From positions 1 to 64,000 of the forward strand of contig CAXGUD010000012.1 in NCBI GenBank assembly GCA_964012805.1: a stretch of 64,000 bases of DNA. Direction: 5' to 3'. The notes beneath the pieces were generated by a model. The model saw only the letters and a list, made by a program, of their open reading frames with translations. It searched no databases and was not told the DNA's origin. The position numbers and the translations under genes are program-made. The DNA comes from an uncultured Bacteriovoracaceae bacterium. Lineage in GTDB: Bacteria > Bdellovibrionota > Bacteriovoracia > Bacteriovoracales > Bacteriovoracaceae. Below, piece after piece: positions 18,634-29,600 of this stretch (the stretch's first letter is position 1; each line of letters begins with the position of its first letter).

Positions 18634-19442
18634 AGCAGACTTCCATAAATTGCGTCAGGTGTGGAATCAGAGTAATCGTCATAATCAGTAAGAGAGCCAT
18701 CGTGTGCCATATCGAAAACGTGCCAGTATTTTCCACTCGTCGCTTTCCCCGGATAGCTTTTAATAAAATCACCATTTTTATAGACTTTAACTTCCATGTC
18801 AGTGTCGAATGAAGCATCCATTAAGTAGTTTGCAACATAATAGCGCCAATTTCTTTGTTCATAATAGCTAGTTGATCCATTCTCAAATTTTATAGTAACT
18901 GTTTCTGGACCGTCTCCTGATTGGTCATCTACATCTAAACTGGCGCGCGAGGAATCATTGCTGTCAGTTTTTTGTCCGTAATAAATATGGTATGTTGAAT
19001 TCTCTCCATGTGGAACGTACAGGTGACTATCAAGGTCCTTCGGAGTCGAGCCCCAAGTTAGGATTATTGCAATTCGATTTGTCGCATCCTCTGCTTCGAG
19101 GAGGGGAATTGTTTTGGTATTTGAACCACTCTTTATGGAGATATTTATATTTTGGGAAGCAAAGTCTTCATGGCTAACCGAAAAGGAATGGGTGCCTATA
19201 GAGAGCTTATCAGAAAATGAAAAATTTCCTGATAAATCACTATCTACAGTGGCACCGTTGTATAAATGTGTAACTCTAGCACCTGCTACAATTGCGTCCG
19301 ATGTAGAGCCATTTATGATTGTACCTGTTAAAGTACCTTTACTTTGAAAGTTTAGTTCTGATTTACCACAGGCAAAAAAAAGGAGAAAAAGACCATAGAC
19401 TCCAATAAAAAAAATACTTTGAAAAAGCTGAGTTTTCTTCAT
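18630..19442 (-). CDS. Lipoprotein with carboxypeptidase-regulatory-like domain and YfaP/DUF2135-like domain
   Basis: FFAC lipobox; GTLTGTI...GARV; LTWG...DLDSHL; LDVDD...GPETV. Confidence 0.7.
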   Translation of the reverse strand: MKKTQLFQSIFFIGVYGLFLLFFACGKSELNFQSKGTLTGTIINGSTSDAIVAGARVTHLYNGATVDSDLSGNFSFSDKLSIGTHSFSVSHEDFASQNINISIKSGSNTKTIPLLEAEDATNRIAIILTWGSTPKDLDSHLYVPHGENSTYHIYYGQKTDSNDSSRASLDVDDQSGDGPETVTIKFENGSTSYYEQRNWRYYVANYLMDASFDTDMEVKVYKNGDFIKSYPGKATSGKYWHVFDMAHDGSLTDYDDYSDSTPDAIYGSLL

Positions 19443-19581
19443 AAATCCTCAATAATCTTTTAATTCTTTAATATATATTTTTACAATATTAAATATAATT
19501 TGTTAGAAATCGTTTTTACTAGAAAAAAATAGGTGAGTGTGTTTAATTTTAACATTTGATTTAGTTGATAGGGATAGACGG

Positions 19582-21030
19582 TCAACTAGCTTTTTTCTTG
19601 GGGGTTTTTGAGGTTACTCTAGTATTTTCATCTGATTGAATCGTGCCTGGATCTACAAAAACTTTGATGAAGTTTTCAACTATAACAGAATTATATCGTG
19701 AGACTTGTTCCTGAGAGGTCAGAATAAATCTCAAAGCTTCTGTGGGTGTTTTTTTGGTTTTTATCATAATGTGAACAAAGTCATCCACCAGACATAAGAT
19801 GTTGCCAAGAGTAGAGACTTGCTGCCCTTTAAGCTGGTGGGGAAACCCAGTCCCATTATAGCACTCGTGGTGTTGAAGAATAACTTGTTTTACAGAGTTA
19901 TTAATTAGTTTATTCTTTCCAACAATTTCAACTCCCAATTCAGGGTGCTTGTAGTATGTTTCTAACTCCTCTGGTGTAAGGTCTTCAGGTCTGGCATCCA
20001 TAAGTTTTTTAGGTAGCTTTGTTTTCCCGATATCATGAAACATAGAGGCCATAGCGATTGTTTCAATTGTCATTTTAGATTGCCAAGGAAACTGCTTAAC
20101 AATTGCACTTGTATAAAGAGAAGTTACAAAAGAATGAGTAAATTGACTAGGGTCCAGTTCTTGGAAGTCCCTCAGTGTTTGATAAAGATCTTTTTGATCC
20201 TCAACCACTTTATAAAGATTGGATGTTATTTCCTTTGCCTGGTCAACGACTTTAGTTTTTACTCCATTTTGAAATAGTTCTTCTACATACTTTTCAGAAA
20301 CAGTAGACAGTAAGTTTACTTTTGATGCGGCAGAAACTTTTTTATTATCAATGAGCTTTTTGGCCAGGAAATTTGTGTATTGAATGTACTTTCTCCTATC
20401 TTTTTGTTTGAAATAAAGATGATCAATATTTTTTTCTTTTTTATATTTGTTGATCCTTTCTTGAGAGAAGGTATCACCCGAATGAAGAATTTTGACATAC
20501 CTGTTGTCATTTATTTTAACAAAGACATCAAAGAGAACAGCTTGTGATGGATAAAATTTATCAATATGCACTTTAGTAAATTTGTTATCAGCTTCTTTAA
20601 CTTCTTGTTCGTCCGATACGCCCTTTCTTTTCTTTAGATTGGAAACGACATCACTTAAACTCTGATATGATTCTAAAAGTGTGGTTAGCTCCTGATTTAA
20701 GATCGGTTTTACGAGTATATCATTGACGCCTTTTTTATGAAGAGCTTCTTCAGATAATTCCTTTGTTTTTAAAAGTGACTCGTCCTCCAAAAGAACAATA
20801 ACTGTTTGAGCTTCCATATTTTTGGAGATATATGTTAAGACCTGTTGTCCACTATGATTTTTAATAGATGGATTTAAAATAACGGCGAAATATTTATTGT
20901 TGTAAACTTGAAGTTGAGCTTCTTTTCCATTATGTGCTAATGACACCTTATAGGGACCTTCTTCCATGTATACTTTTAATTTTTTCGCCCATGCTTCATC
21001 TTCATCAGCGATCAAAATATCAAGAGGCAC
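19582..21030 (-). CDS. Receiver domain plus HD-GYP domain protein (c-di-GMP phosphodiesterase family)
   Basis: N-term REC fold (ILIADED, ILVKP); FHDIGK, HPELG, QHHE, GTGFP. Confidence 0.85.
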   Translation of the reverse strand: MPLDILIADEDEAWAKKLKVYMEEGPYKVSLAHNGKEAQLQVYNNKYFAVILNPSIKNHSGQQVLTYISKNMEAQTVIVLLEDESLLKTKELSEEALHKKGVNDILVKPILNQELTTLLESYQSLSDVVSNLKKRKGVSDEQEVKEADNKFTKVHIDKFYPSQAVLFDVFVKINDNRYVKILHSGDTFSQERINKYKKEKNIDHLYFKQKDRRKYIQYTNFLAKKLIDNKKVSAASKVNLLSTVSEKYVEELFQNGVKTKVVDQAKEITSNLYKVVEDQKDLYQTLRDFQELDPSQFTHSFVTSLYTSAIVKQFPWQSKMTIETIAMASMFHDIGKTKLPKKLMDARPEDLTPEELETYYKHPELGVEIVGKNKLINNSVKQVILQHHECYNGTGFPHQLKGQQVSTLGNILCLVDDFVHIMIKTKKTPTEALRFILTSQEQVSRYNSVIVENFIKVFVDPGTIQSDENTRVTSKTPKKKAS

Positions 21031-21196
21031 TCGTTTTCTCCAAGATTAAATAATAACCTTCTAAGAAAATATCAACCATTTTTCTTGTCGGTTTTTATAA
21101 GGTTTTAGTAGAGTAAAAATGTAATTATTTCCAAAAAAAAAAGTAAAAAATTGAAGAATTAATCTCAAAAAGTGGTTTGTATAACTTATATTTTAT

Positions 21197-21934
21197 TTAG
21201 TGATAGTAATTTTTCTTGTTTGTATCATCATAATTGGAGTCATTATGGAAGTCGTTTTCTAAATCCTCCAGTATATCAACCTCTTCGTCGATGCATTCTA
21301 CCCAATTTTCATATTCTCTAAATTTATTTTTTTTGTAAAAAAAGTGAAAGAATCCCCAGGTTATTCCGCCAATTAATCCCAAATAGTGAGCTAAATAACT
21401 AGTGTTGGGCGAAAAAGTACTAGGGAAGAAAAGAATAATGCCTACTCCAAATGCTTTAAACAACCTTGTTGGGAAACTAAACCTTCTGTCAATAAATATA
21501 TAGAGGGTTATCCAATGGCCTCCAAGAAAAAAAATCAGTCCAGAGGAGCCGACTAATATAGTATTTTCGGGGTAAAAGTTAAGTACGATAATTGTTAAGA
21601 GACCATTAATAAAAAATGAAATAAAGGGGTAGAAGATAGGCCCGTAATAAGCGGTACTCATAAATCCCCAAAAAAGAAGCATTGAAATATTTGATAATAG
21701 ATGAGTGGTATCGCTATGGATAAGCGTCGTTGTCCAGGCCTTCCAATATTTATTTTTTAAAAGAACATCTTTATGAGTAGCTTCCAGTGAAAAATTAAAA
21801 TCAAAATATTTTTCCCAATGTAGATTGGAAAATATAATAATAATTAAAATAAATGAAAGAGAAATCAGCCAACCATTGGAGTATTGCGTTTTAGATAAAT
21901 AATTTTTTTTAAGCTCATATTTTTTAAGATCCAT
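21197..21934 (-). CDS. Rhomboid family intramembrane serine protease
   Basis: HLLSN, VGSSG, SYLAHYLG; multiple TM helices. Confidence 0.9.
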   Translation of the reverse strand: MDLKKYELKKNYLSKTQYSNGWLISLSFILIIIIFSNLHWEKYFDFNFSLEATHKDVLLKNKYWKAWTTTLIHSDTTHLLSNISMLLFWGFMSTAYYGPIFYPFISFFINGLLTIIVLNFYPENTILVGSSGLIFFLGGHWITLYIFIDRRFSFPTRLFKAFGVGIILFFPSTFSPNTSYLAHYLGLIGGITWGFFHFFYKKNKFREYENWVECIDEEVDILEDLENDFHNDSNYDDTNKKNYYH

Positions 21935-21942
21935 AGAAGATT

Positions 21943-21969
21943 AAATCGGAAGGGGCAGATTAAAAATTA
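21943..21969 (-). promoter_or_regulatory. sigma28 (FliA)-like promoter
   Basis: TAAT-N15-TCCGATTT ending 8 nt before the rhomboid ATG. Confidence 0.45.
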
Positions 21970-21982
21970 TAAATTTATAGAG

Positions 21983-22282
21983 TTAATTTTTAGAAAAAAA
22001 ACTAATTACACTTTGTTTGGGGGACTCAAAAAAGCGTTTAAGGAACGTCTTTTTTTTCGGATATAATTTAATAAATGTGACTTCATTTTTAGACTTTAAG
22101 ACCTTGACTCTTTTCGTCTTTACGAAGAACTTGATTCTCTTTTCAAGGATATCCAAATTGAATTCAGGTATATTTTGAACCTTAATATGATCTAGGTCCA
22201 TGATAATTTGCTCCAAGGTTAATGCGGTGTAGAAGGAAAGGGACTCTAGGATAAGTTCATCAATCTTTTCTTTCATAAGCAT
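21983..22282 (-). CDS. Small hypothetical protein (possible winged-helix fold)
   Basis: 99-aa ORF co-oriented between the kinase and rhomboid genes. Confidence 0.6.
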   Translation of the reverse strand: MLMKEKIDELILESLSFYTALTLEQIIMDLDHIKVQNIPEFNLDILEKRIKFFVKTKRVKVLKSKNEVTFIKLYPKKKTFLKRFFESPKQSVISFFSKN

Positions 22283-22326
22283 ATACTAGCATTGAAAAGT
22301 TTTATTAATAAGATGCCCTGCATATA

Positions 22327-24945
22327 CTATTGGGATTCATCAAGGTTAAAAGGGAAGCCTAGTATAAATTCAGTCCCTTGTCCCTTTTTAGTATTTATTT
22401 TTATTTGACCACCTAAACTCTCGATATTTTTCTTGATGATGTCCATACCTAGTCCTCTACCTGAGATCTTGCTCGCTTCCTCTTTGGAGGAAAAACCCTC
22501 TTTAAAAATGAGTTCTACTTTCTCAGATTCCAACATCTTTTCAAAACCTTCTTTGGTTACAATATTATTCGCTATAGCTTTTTCTCCGATTTTGTCATTG
22601 TCGATTCCAGTTCCATCATCTTTAACAGATAGTTGAAAAGATGAATCAAGCATAAGGCATTTTATTTCAATATTTCCCTTCTTGTCCTTTCCTAAACTTT
22701 TTCTTTCTATGGGTGATTCAATAGCATGGTCGATTGAGTTCTTAAGAAGGTGAATGACTGAGTCAGAGATTTTTGAAAGGACGCTTTCCTTTAAGTAAAT
22801 ATCATCTCCCCCTACCCGATAAGATACATTTTTGCCAACTTCTTTACTGGTTAAATCAACTAATGATTCGAAGCCCCTTAATAAATCAAGAAGTGATGAC
22901 TTAAACAAATGGCTCCACTCTTTTAAAACGTCATCCATCTCTTGAAGTTCAACTTTTGCGGATAAGAGCTTAATTTTCTTGTCCATTACGTCTAATTTGT
23001 CTACCTCAATATAGCTTGTTTTTTTAGCTTTTTTCATATTAGCACTTAGACCAAATATTTCTTCGGCAGTAATTTCATAATCTGAGATGGCCTCTATAAT
23101 GGCCAATAAACTACTGCAAATTTCTAAAATAAGATCATCTGATATTTTTCCTTTTTTAGGCCTTAATTTAAGGTATTTTTGCTCCTCTTCATCCAACTTT
23201 GAGGAGAGTCCATTTAAACCAAAAAATTTTGAATTATTTTTAACAGTGTTAACGTTTTTCCAAATAAATTGCTCATCCCACTCATCTATACTGTCCATAT
23301 TTTTTGATGAAGCCAATTTACTTGAATCGCTAATTAGAGTTCTTGACTCTCTAAAAAAATTTGAAAGGTTAACTTTATGCTTCTCTAAGTTTCTTCCTTT
23401 CTCTGGAACTAATTCAGATATAATAATGTTTCTTCTATTTACTCGCAATTCATTTTCAATCATTTTTTCTAAATCTGTTACATCCTGTACAATTAATAAA
23501 ACTTCCTTTATTTTTTGCGTTTTCCCATCAATCAATTCTCCATATTTAATTGATAAAGCTTTCTCTTTTTTATTTATTGAAAAAAATACTTTTTCTGGAA
23601 AATCTTTTTTTAATTCTATCCATTCTTTTAAATCAAGGTCTTCTACAGACAATAATTTATTTTTAAACGTATTTGAAAATTCGTTTTGGTTGTGTAAGTT
23701 TGAAAAGAAATTATTAAATATCGATTTATTTATTTGGCTTTCACCAAAGATTTGTTTTGAAAGTTCTTTATTTGTTTCCTTTTTGACTATTCCATCAAAG
23801 TTTAAACTTAAAATAACTTCGTTAATTTCGTTAAAAATACTATTTAAATCGTTCATTTCAGTCTCTAAGGTATCTTTTATCGATGGCAATAAACTTTTGA
23901 GTTGATTGATTTGATTTAAGTAAAGTATTTCTTTATTAATATTCCTTAAGATAAGAATTAAAGTCTGGACAGCGACTAGAAGAAATATGAATGAGTATTT
24001 ATAATTTGAAGACATGTTTAAAAAATAATCAATATAAACTAGTGAAATAAAAGCTGTGAAAAATACAATTGTAAAAAATATTGTAAAGAATTTTGCGAAT
24101 GCATCTTTTTTATAAAAGGAAATTATACCAATTAAAATAAGGGAATATATTAAAAAAAAGTGAATTTGATGAAAGATGATAGGAAGATTTTTTGGAAAAA
24201 GTGAATGTGGGATAAGAAAATAGATGATAGAAATAGCAATTGAAAAGGACAGGATAAACTTGGAGTTTTTTTCTAAAAATTTGGATTCATTAAAGAGTTC
24301 CTTTATAAAGTATAAGTTCGCAACGTGTAAACCTATCAAGGAGCCGAAATCTAATTTGTTCAAAATTAACGAAAGAGTGTTTGAACTCTTTAAGAAATAC
24401 CACATCATATCTAATTCTATAAACGACCAAATAATAGAAAAAACAGAAAAAGCGCTACAGTATAAGGATATTTTTTCATTTTTCGAAATAAAAAGAATAA
24501 AGTAGAAGGCTGCGCAAAAAAGTAATATTCCAAATGAAATGCTTTTTAAAATAAACCTGAAGGGCGGACTATTAATTGTAGAAATATGGGTAAATTCTTT
24601 TTTAGAGTTTTCTTTTTGATCATTATATGTTGAAGTATGAGCTACTAGTTTCATTTTACTTGTGATGGGTAATGTTTTTAAATCGAATCTTTTAGTGTCA
24701 TTGATTGCCTCATGAGGAAAGCGTTGTATAGATTCATTTTTTAGTAAAGAAGCAATTTTTTTACCGTCCGTATAGGGTTTCCCTTGGTTTAATACTTTTA
24801 ACTTGGTCTGTTTATTAAAATTTTCTTTGACGAGTATAGAATAATGCTTACTCTTTTCATTAATGTAATTATTAGCGTGGCTTTTCGTCGAGATGAAAAG
24901 AAGGATAATTGCTTGAATGAAAAATAATATTTCTTTTTTTTTCAT
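22327..24945 (-). CDS. 7TM receptor, PAS-like core, His-less Hpt and CheA-type HATPase (no CheW)
   Basis: Signal peptide and about 7 TM; VQDVT core end; NTVKN at the Hpt site; HLLKNSIDH, DDGTG, SGRGLGM and GQGTEF kinase boxes. Confidence 0.85.
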   Translation of the reverse strand: MKKKEILFFIQAIILLFISTKSHANNYINEKSKHYSILVKENFNKQTKLKVLNQGKPYTDGKKIASLLKNESIQRFPHEAINDTKRFDLKTLPITSKMKLVAHTSTYNDQKENSKKEFTHISTINSPPFRFILKSISFGILLFCAAFYFILFISKNEKISLYCSAFSVFSIIWSFIELDMMWYFLKSSNTLSLILNKLDFGSLIGLHVANLYFIKELFNESKFLEKNSKFILSFSIAISIIYFLIPHSLFPKNLPIIFHQIHFFLIYSLILIGIISFYKKDAFAKFFTIFFTIVFFTAFISLVYIDYFLNMSSNYKYSFIFLLVAVQTLILILRNINKEILYLNQINQLKSLLPSIKDTLETEMNDLNSIFNEINEVILSLNFDGIVKKETNKELSKQIFGESQINKSIFNNFFSNLHNQNEFSNTFKNKLLSVEDLDLKEWIELKKDFPEKVFFSINKKEKALSIKYGELIDGKTQKIKEVLLIVQDVTDLEKMIENELRVNRRNIIISELVPEKGRNLEKHKVNLSNFFRESRTLISDSSKLASSKNMDSIDEWDEQFIWKNVNTVKNNSKFFGLNGLSSKLDEEEQKYLKLRPKKGKISDDLILEICSSLLAIIEAISDYEITAEEIFGLSANMKKAKKTSYIEVDKLDVMDKKIKLLSAKVELQEMDDVLKEWSHLFKSSLLDLLRGFESLVDLTSKEVGKNVSYRVGGDDIYLKESVLSKISDSVIHLLKNSIDHAIESPIERKSLGKDKKGNIEIKCLMLDSSFQLSVKDDGTGIDNDKIGEKAIANNIVTKEGFEKMLESEKVELIFKEGFSSKEEASKISGRGLGMDIIKKNIESLGGQIKINTKKGQGTEFILGFPFNLDESQ

Positions 24946-24988
24946 TTTTTTAAGGTCTTCCAATATTGTGGGTCATCCATATACTAGA

Positions 24989-25015
24989 TAATCGGATAAA
25001 CCTGGAGATTTATTA
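24989..25015 (-). promoter_or_regulatory. sigma28 (FliA)-like promoter
   Basis: TAAT-N15-TCCGATTA upstream of the 7TM kinase. Confidence 0.5.
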
Positions 25016-25091
25016 GATTTTTAAGTTAGTCACTAAAAAGATTAGCTCAATTTACACGCTGGGCTTATGCTTTGAGTTAGGGGGTTGTTTG

Positions 25092-25262
25092 TTAATCTTT
25101 TTTATCAATTTGATTGGGAAAGAATAGATCGAGTTGTTTTAACCCCTTAGGAGGAATTTGAGATTTTTTCTTGTCTTTAATTTCCTGCTTAATGAGTTTA
25201 AGCTCTAATTCTAAAAAGCTCTTTTTTTTGTATAAGTCGTTTAGGGTGAGGTGATTTTCCAT
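25092..25262 (-). CDS. Small 56-aa protein with QLDLF beta-clamp-binding-like motif (not in ORF track)
   Basis: Manual translation MENHLTLNDLYKKKSFLELELKLIKQEIKDKKKSQIPPKGLKQLDLFFPNQIDKKD; no SD seen. Confidence 0.5.
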   Translation of the reverse strand: MENHLTLNDLYKKKSFLELELKLIKQEIKDKKKSQIPPKGLKQLDLFFPNQIDKKD

Positions 25263-25566
25263 TTTAGAAATTTTGAACTTTTTCTAATAGTTAAGCAAGC
25301 ATTTTTCTCTACTAATTAAGAAAACGTTTAAATTTTTTTAGTTAGAAATTCTATATAATCATTTTCTAAAGAATTTTGTCATTATAAGCGGGTTTTTTTT
25401 AGGAGGGAACTCTTTAGAAGGCCTCCATAAATTTTGTGATTACCAACACTCTACCTTCCAAAGATAGTTGGGTGCAATGCGTTTGTTTTGCTGCAAAAAA
25501 ATAGTTGAGAGTAGATGACGAAACTTAAATTTATTAATGAGTGAAAACAATAGAGTTTTTTTTGAG

Positions 25567-26304
25567 TTAGTTTTTCTCTTTTCTCTTGAGCTCAGCATTT
25601 AATTTATCAACCCCCTCTGTGATTTTATTTTGGCAAATGGAAGCAAGTTGGGGGACTGAGTCTTCATCCATACCTGCTACTGAAATAGGTTCTAGAACGT
25701 TAACAATGATTGTTCCGGCGTTCCATTTTTTGAAGTCTATATTTTCTCTTATACTGCTTATACAGACCGGTATAATTTGCTGTTGACTGTATACCGCCAT
25801 AAAAAAAGGACCTTTTTTAAATGGAAGAATTCCTGAGTGGTGACTCCTTGTTCCTTCCGGCATAATCCACAGAGACACTTTTCTACTAACCATGGACTCT
25901 GTTGCCTTTAGAAGAAACTTTTTTGCCTTTTCTTTTTTTTCACGGTTGAGAAGTATATTTCCAGTAAGCCAAAAAAGTTGTCCGAAAATGGGAATCCATT
26001 TGAGGCTTTTTTTACCAACAGCTACCGTTCTTTTTGGGACGGTGAGCCCACAAGGAATGACGTCAAAGTTACTTTGATGATTAGAAATAACAATAAAAGT
26101 AGAATCGCTTGGAAAATTTTGTTCATTTCTTTTTTCTATCTTGATCCCAAAAATTTTTGCCCAGCCTCCCATTAGAAAGCGTGAAACAAAATAAAGGTTA
26201 AGAGGGTTCGTAGGTTTTCTAAGTGTGTAAAGAAAAAGAAATGGCCCTGTTAAAGCAATAAAAATCCCTGCAATTATATATCTTAGTATAGCTAATAAAA
26301 TCAT
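25567..26304 (-). CDS. plsC: 1-acyl-sn-glycerol-3-phosphate acyltransferase
   Basis: NHQSNFD, KKSLKWIP.FG, PEGTRS, FKKG. Confidence 0.93.
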   Translation of the reverse strand: MILLAILRYIIAGIFIALTGPFLFLYTLRKPTNPLNLYFVSRFLMGGWAKIFGIKIEKRNEQNFPSDSTFIVISNHQSNFDVIPCGLTVPKRTVAVGKKSLKWIPIFGQLFWLTGNILLNREKKEKAKKFLLKATESMVSRKVSLWIMPEGTRSHHSGILPFKKGPFFMAVYSQQQIIPVCISSIRENIDFKKWNAGTIIVNVLEPISVAGMDEDSVPQLASICQNKITEGVDKLNAELKRKEKN

Positions 26305-26691
26305 TCTTTAATCTTAAAGATAAGGTTTAAGTTCAATACCTGTTTTTATTGGTCGGTATAACAGGGTAAATAAGTAGACTTTTTTTTTGCAAATGTATAG
26401 TGACCCTTTTGGTTAAACAAAAAATGCAAAAGATGGTAAAGGTTTTGATTTCTGTTTTAAAAAGTATAAATCTTGCCATAAGTGTAGTTAGGTCTTGGAA
26501 ATTGGTAAATTTATCAATTTATTATTTAGATTGAGTCGATTATTCAAATTAAATATCTTTAAAAAAAACTAGAACTAGCTTTGACCTTTTTTAGATTTTG
26601 AAGAAAAAAATATTCCCAAATTAATTTGTTTAATATTCCTAATGAAAAAAAACATAAGATCCGAAAAATTGCTAAAGGAATGGGCATTAGT

Positions 26692-29600
26692 ATGAAGGCA
26701 AAAAAGACAACCATTGCTAAAAAAATGATATTGTCTGTGATATTTGTAACAGTTGTTGTTGCATCCCTCACTTCGTTTATTATTCTAAGGCAAGATTATA
26801 TAAAAGAAATGAGTGGTGTTGAAAAGGTATTAGATGGTGTTCAAGAAAGCTTTGTTAATCAACTATCGTCGGCTTTGTATAATGAAGATGAAGAGCAAGT
26901 AAGCCATTCTCTTAAAGGAATATTAAAACTGCCAGGAATTGTGGAAGTAAGAGTTCGAGAAGAAGATGATGAACAAGATGTTCATAATTTTATTAATGAT
27001 GGATTTAAGTCTTTGGAAAATAAAAAGAGGAGGGGCCTAGGTCCTAAGAGAGAAATCGACTTAGTCTATAAGCAGAAAGGAGAAAAAGATAAATATATTG
27101 GGGTGCTTTATGTTTACTCTACTTTAGGATTTGCAAAGCAAAGAATTGTAAAGCAAATCATAAACTTCAGTATAGTTCAGTCTTCGCAAGTTGTAGTTCT
27201 TGCCTTGTCTATTTTTTTAATTTTTAGAAATCTTGTATCAAGACATTTAAAGAAAATGACAATTTTTGCTGAATCTATGGATTTAAATGATTTAAGTGGT
27301 CCTGGATTATATTTAGATAGAAAAAAAAGCACTGTTAAGGATGAGCTTCAAGACTTAACAGACTCTTTTAATGAAATGAGGCATAATTTAAAGGTAGCTC
27401 ATGCAAGTTTAAAAGATTACGCCGACAACCTTGAAGATAAAGTTAAAGTTGCAACAAAAGAGATTGAAGATGAAAAGGGAAAGGTTTCAAATTTATTAAA
27501 TAATATGAGGCAAGCCGTATTTTTAATAGACGGGAATTGGATTGTAATACCGCCTGTTTCTGAATTTACGCACCAGGTTTTTGAAAATGATATAATTGGT
27601 AAAGATGTTTTAACGACAGTCTTTAAAGATATGGATCAAGAGTCAGAAGACTTTTCAGATTTAAAAAGTGCTTTATGTCTTGTTTATGGCGATGATGAAT
27701 TTCAGTTCTCAATAATTTATGATAATTTACCAAAAAAAATTCTATTCATAACAGAATCAGGTGATGAAAAAATCCTCTCGATTTCATATATTGGCCTTTA
27801 CAACAGTGATGAACTTTTAGAAACAATTATGTTGGTCGTTGACGATGTTACAGAGAGAGAAAAGTTAGAGAAGGAAATAAATTTAAAAAAGCAAGAAAGT
27901 GAAAAAAGTATTCAATTAATCACTGAGATGGCAAATGCGGAAATTGAAGACATTGAAATGTTTTTAACAAATTCGCAAAACCTTATACAAAGTTTAATCA
28001 AGTTGGGAAAAAATGCACCAACAGATATTTCTACTATTGGTGAAATGTTTAGATTTCTTCATACATTGAAAGGAAACTCAAGAATATTTAATTTTAATAG
28101 TATATCCCAGTTGGCACATAGAACAGAAAATCAGGTTACAGAAATTAAGACATTAATCGAAGAAGGTGAGAGCGTACAGGATTCTCTTTATAGGGATGTT
28201 GTTGAAAATCTTTATAATGTATCTAAAGAAATAATGGAAGTTAGCGGTCTTGCTAAAAAAGTTTTTAGGATAGAAAACAGGTTTGAGAAGGATCTTTTAA
28301 AAGTCATTTTTAGTAATTTAATAAAATTAGACGACTTAATAAGAAGAAATATAATAGAAAAAGACTATTTACTTCATAGTGGCGAAGGATTCAAAAAGAG
28401 GAAAGAGATTTTTAAAAATGTCTGTGCAAACTTGTCAATCGAAGGCAAAGAAGGTGTTATCGCAGAGTGTGTTCATAATTTAAAAAGTTATTCAAAAGCA
28501 AGTATGTCATTTCACGATTTAAATCAATTTGCTAATAATTTTGAAAACTCACTATATTTGCTAAAGAACTTAACTGAAGAAAATTTAAACGAGTTTAGTG
28601 AACACTTCATAGACAACCTCTTGGAGTTGAAAGACAATTGCAAGGCACTCTATTTTGAATCTGATTTAAATCGTCCCATTTCATTAAGTTATGACGATTG
28701 GTCAATTCTTATAATCAAATTCTATGAGTTTCACCTATCATTAGATATAAAGAATTGTAAAATTAAAGAAGATGATATCTCTCTTCTTACAAAATTTATA
28801 GAATATGCCAAATCATTTCAATTGGGACTTTTATTTTATTTAGGAGAGGAAATTAAAAAAGTTGTCTGTAGTCCCCAACCGGAAGCGCTAGAAGTTTCAG
28901 AGCTTATCGCCGAAGTTTGGGATTATATTCTTTTAATTACGAAAATAGATTTAATTGTTCAAAATAAAAGCGAAAAAGTTGATAAAGAAAAAGGAATCAT
29001 AGATAGCTATTATGATCAATCCCAAATTGGAAAAGTTAAAAGACAGGATTTAATGGAAAACGGACATGATAACTTAGTTCAGAATATCTTTTTAAATTTA
29101 ATAAAAAGAAATATGACAATCCATAGGTTTGTAGACACATTGAGAAGAACTTTTGATTTTGACCAAAGATACGAGAATTTAAAAGATAACTCATCATTAT
29201 TTTTTATTCACTTTGAGTATCGGTCTATATTGAAGACTATCAGAAATGATTTTAAAACTTCCAGAATAATAAGCGATGTTCCAAATAAAACAAAAAAGTT
29301 TGCAAAAGATGGTGTGCCAATAGCCAAAGCCTTTGATAATTATTTTTTATGGAATAAGAGGGTAAGTTATCTAAAACTTATAGATCTTTATCAAGTTTTA
29401 GAAGGTTTTACTGCTCAAGGTGCTAAAGAAATAGGAATAAAAAAGGCAGAAACTTGGCCTGTTATTGTTAAAAACTTGAAAAAATTAGAAAATTTAATAG
29501 ATGAAAAAGCTGATATCCATAAAATAAGTGATGCTTTTAGGAGACTAAAAGATATACCTTTAGTACCTAACTTAAATAAATTTAAAACTATGGTCCAGGA

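Noticed and set aside
23087..23905. 272-aa plus-strand ORF and the other short antisense ORFs in the track
   Set aside because: Shadow frames of real opposite-strand genes; Phe/Ser/Leu-rich with no motifs
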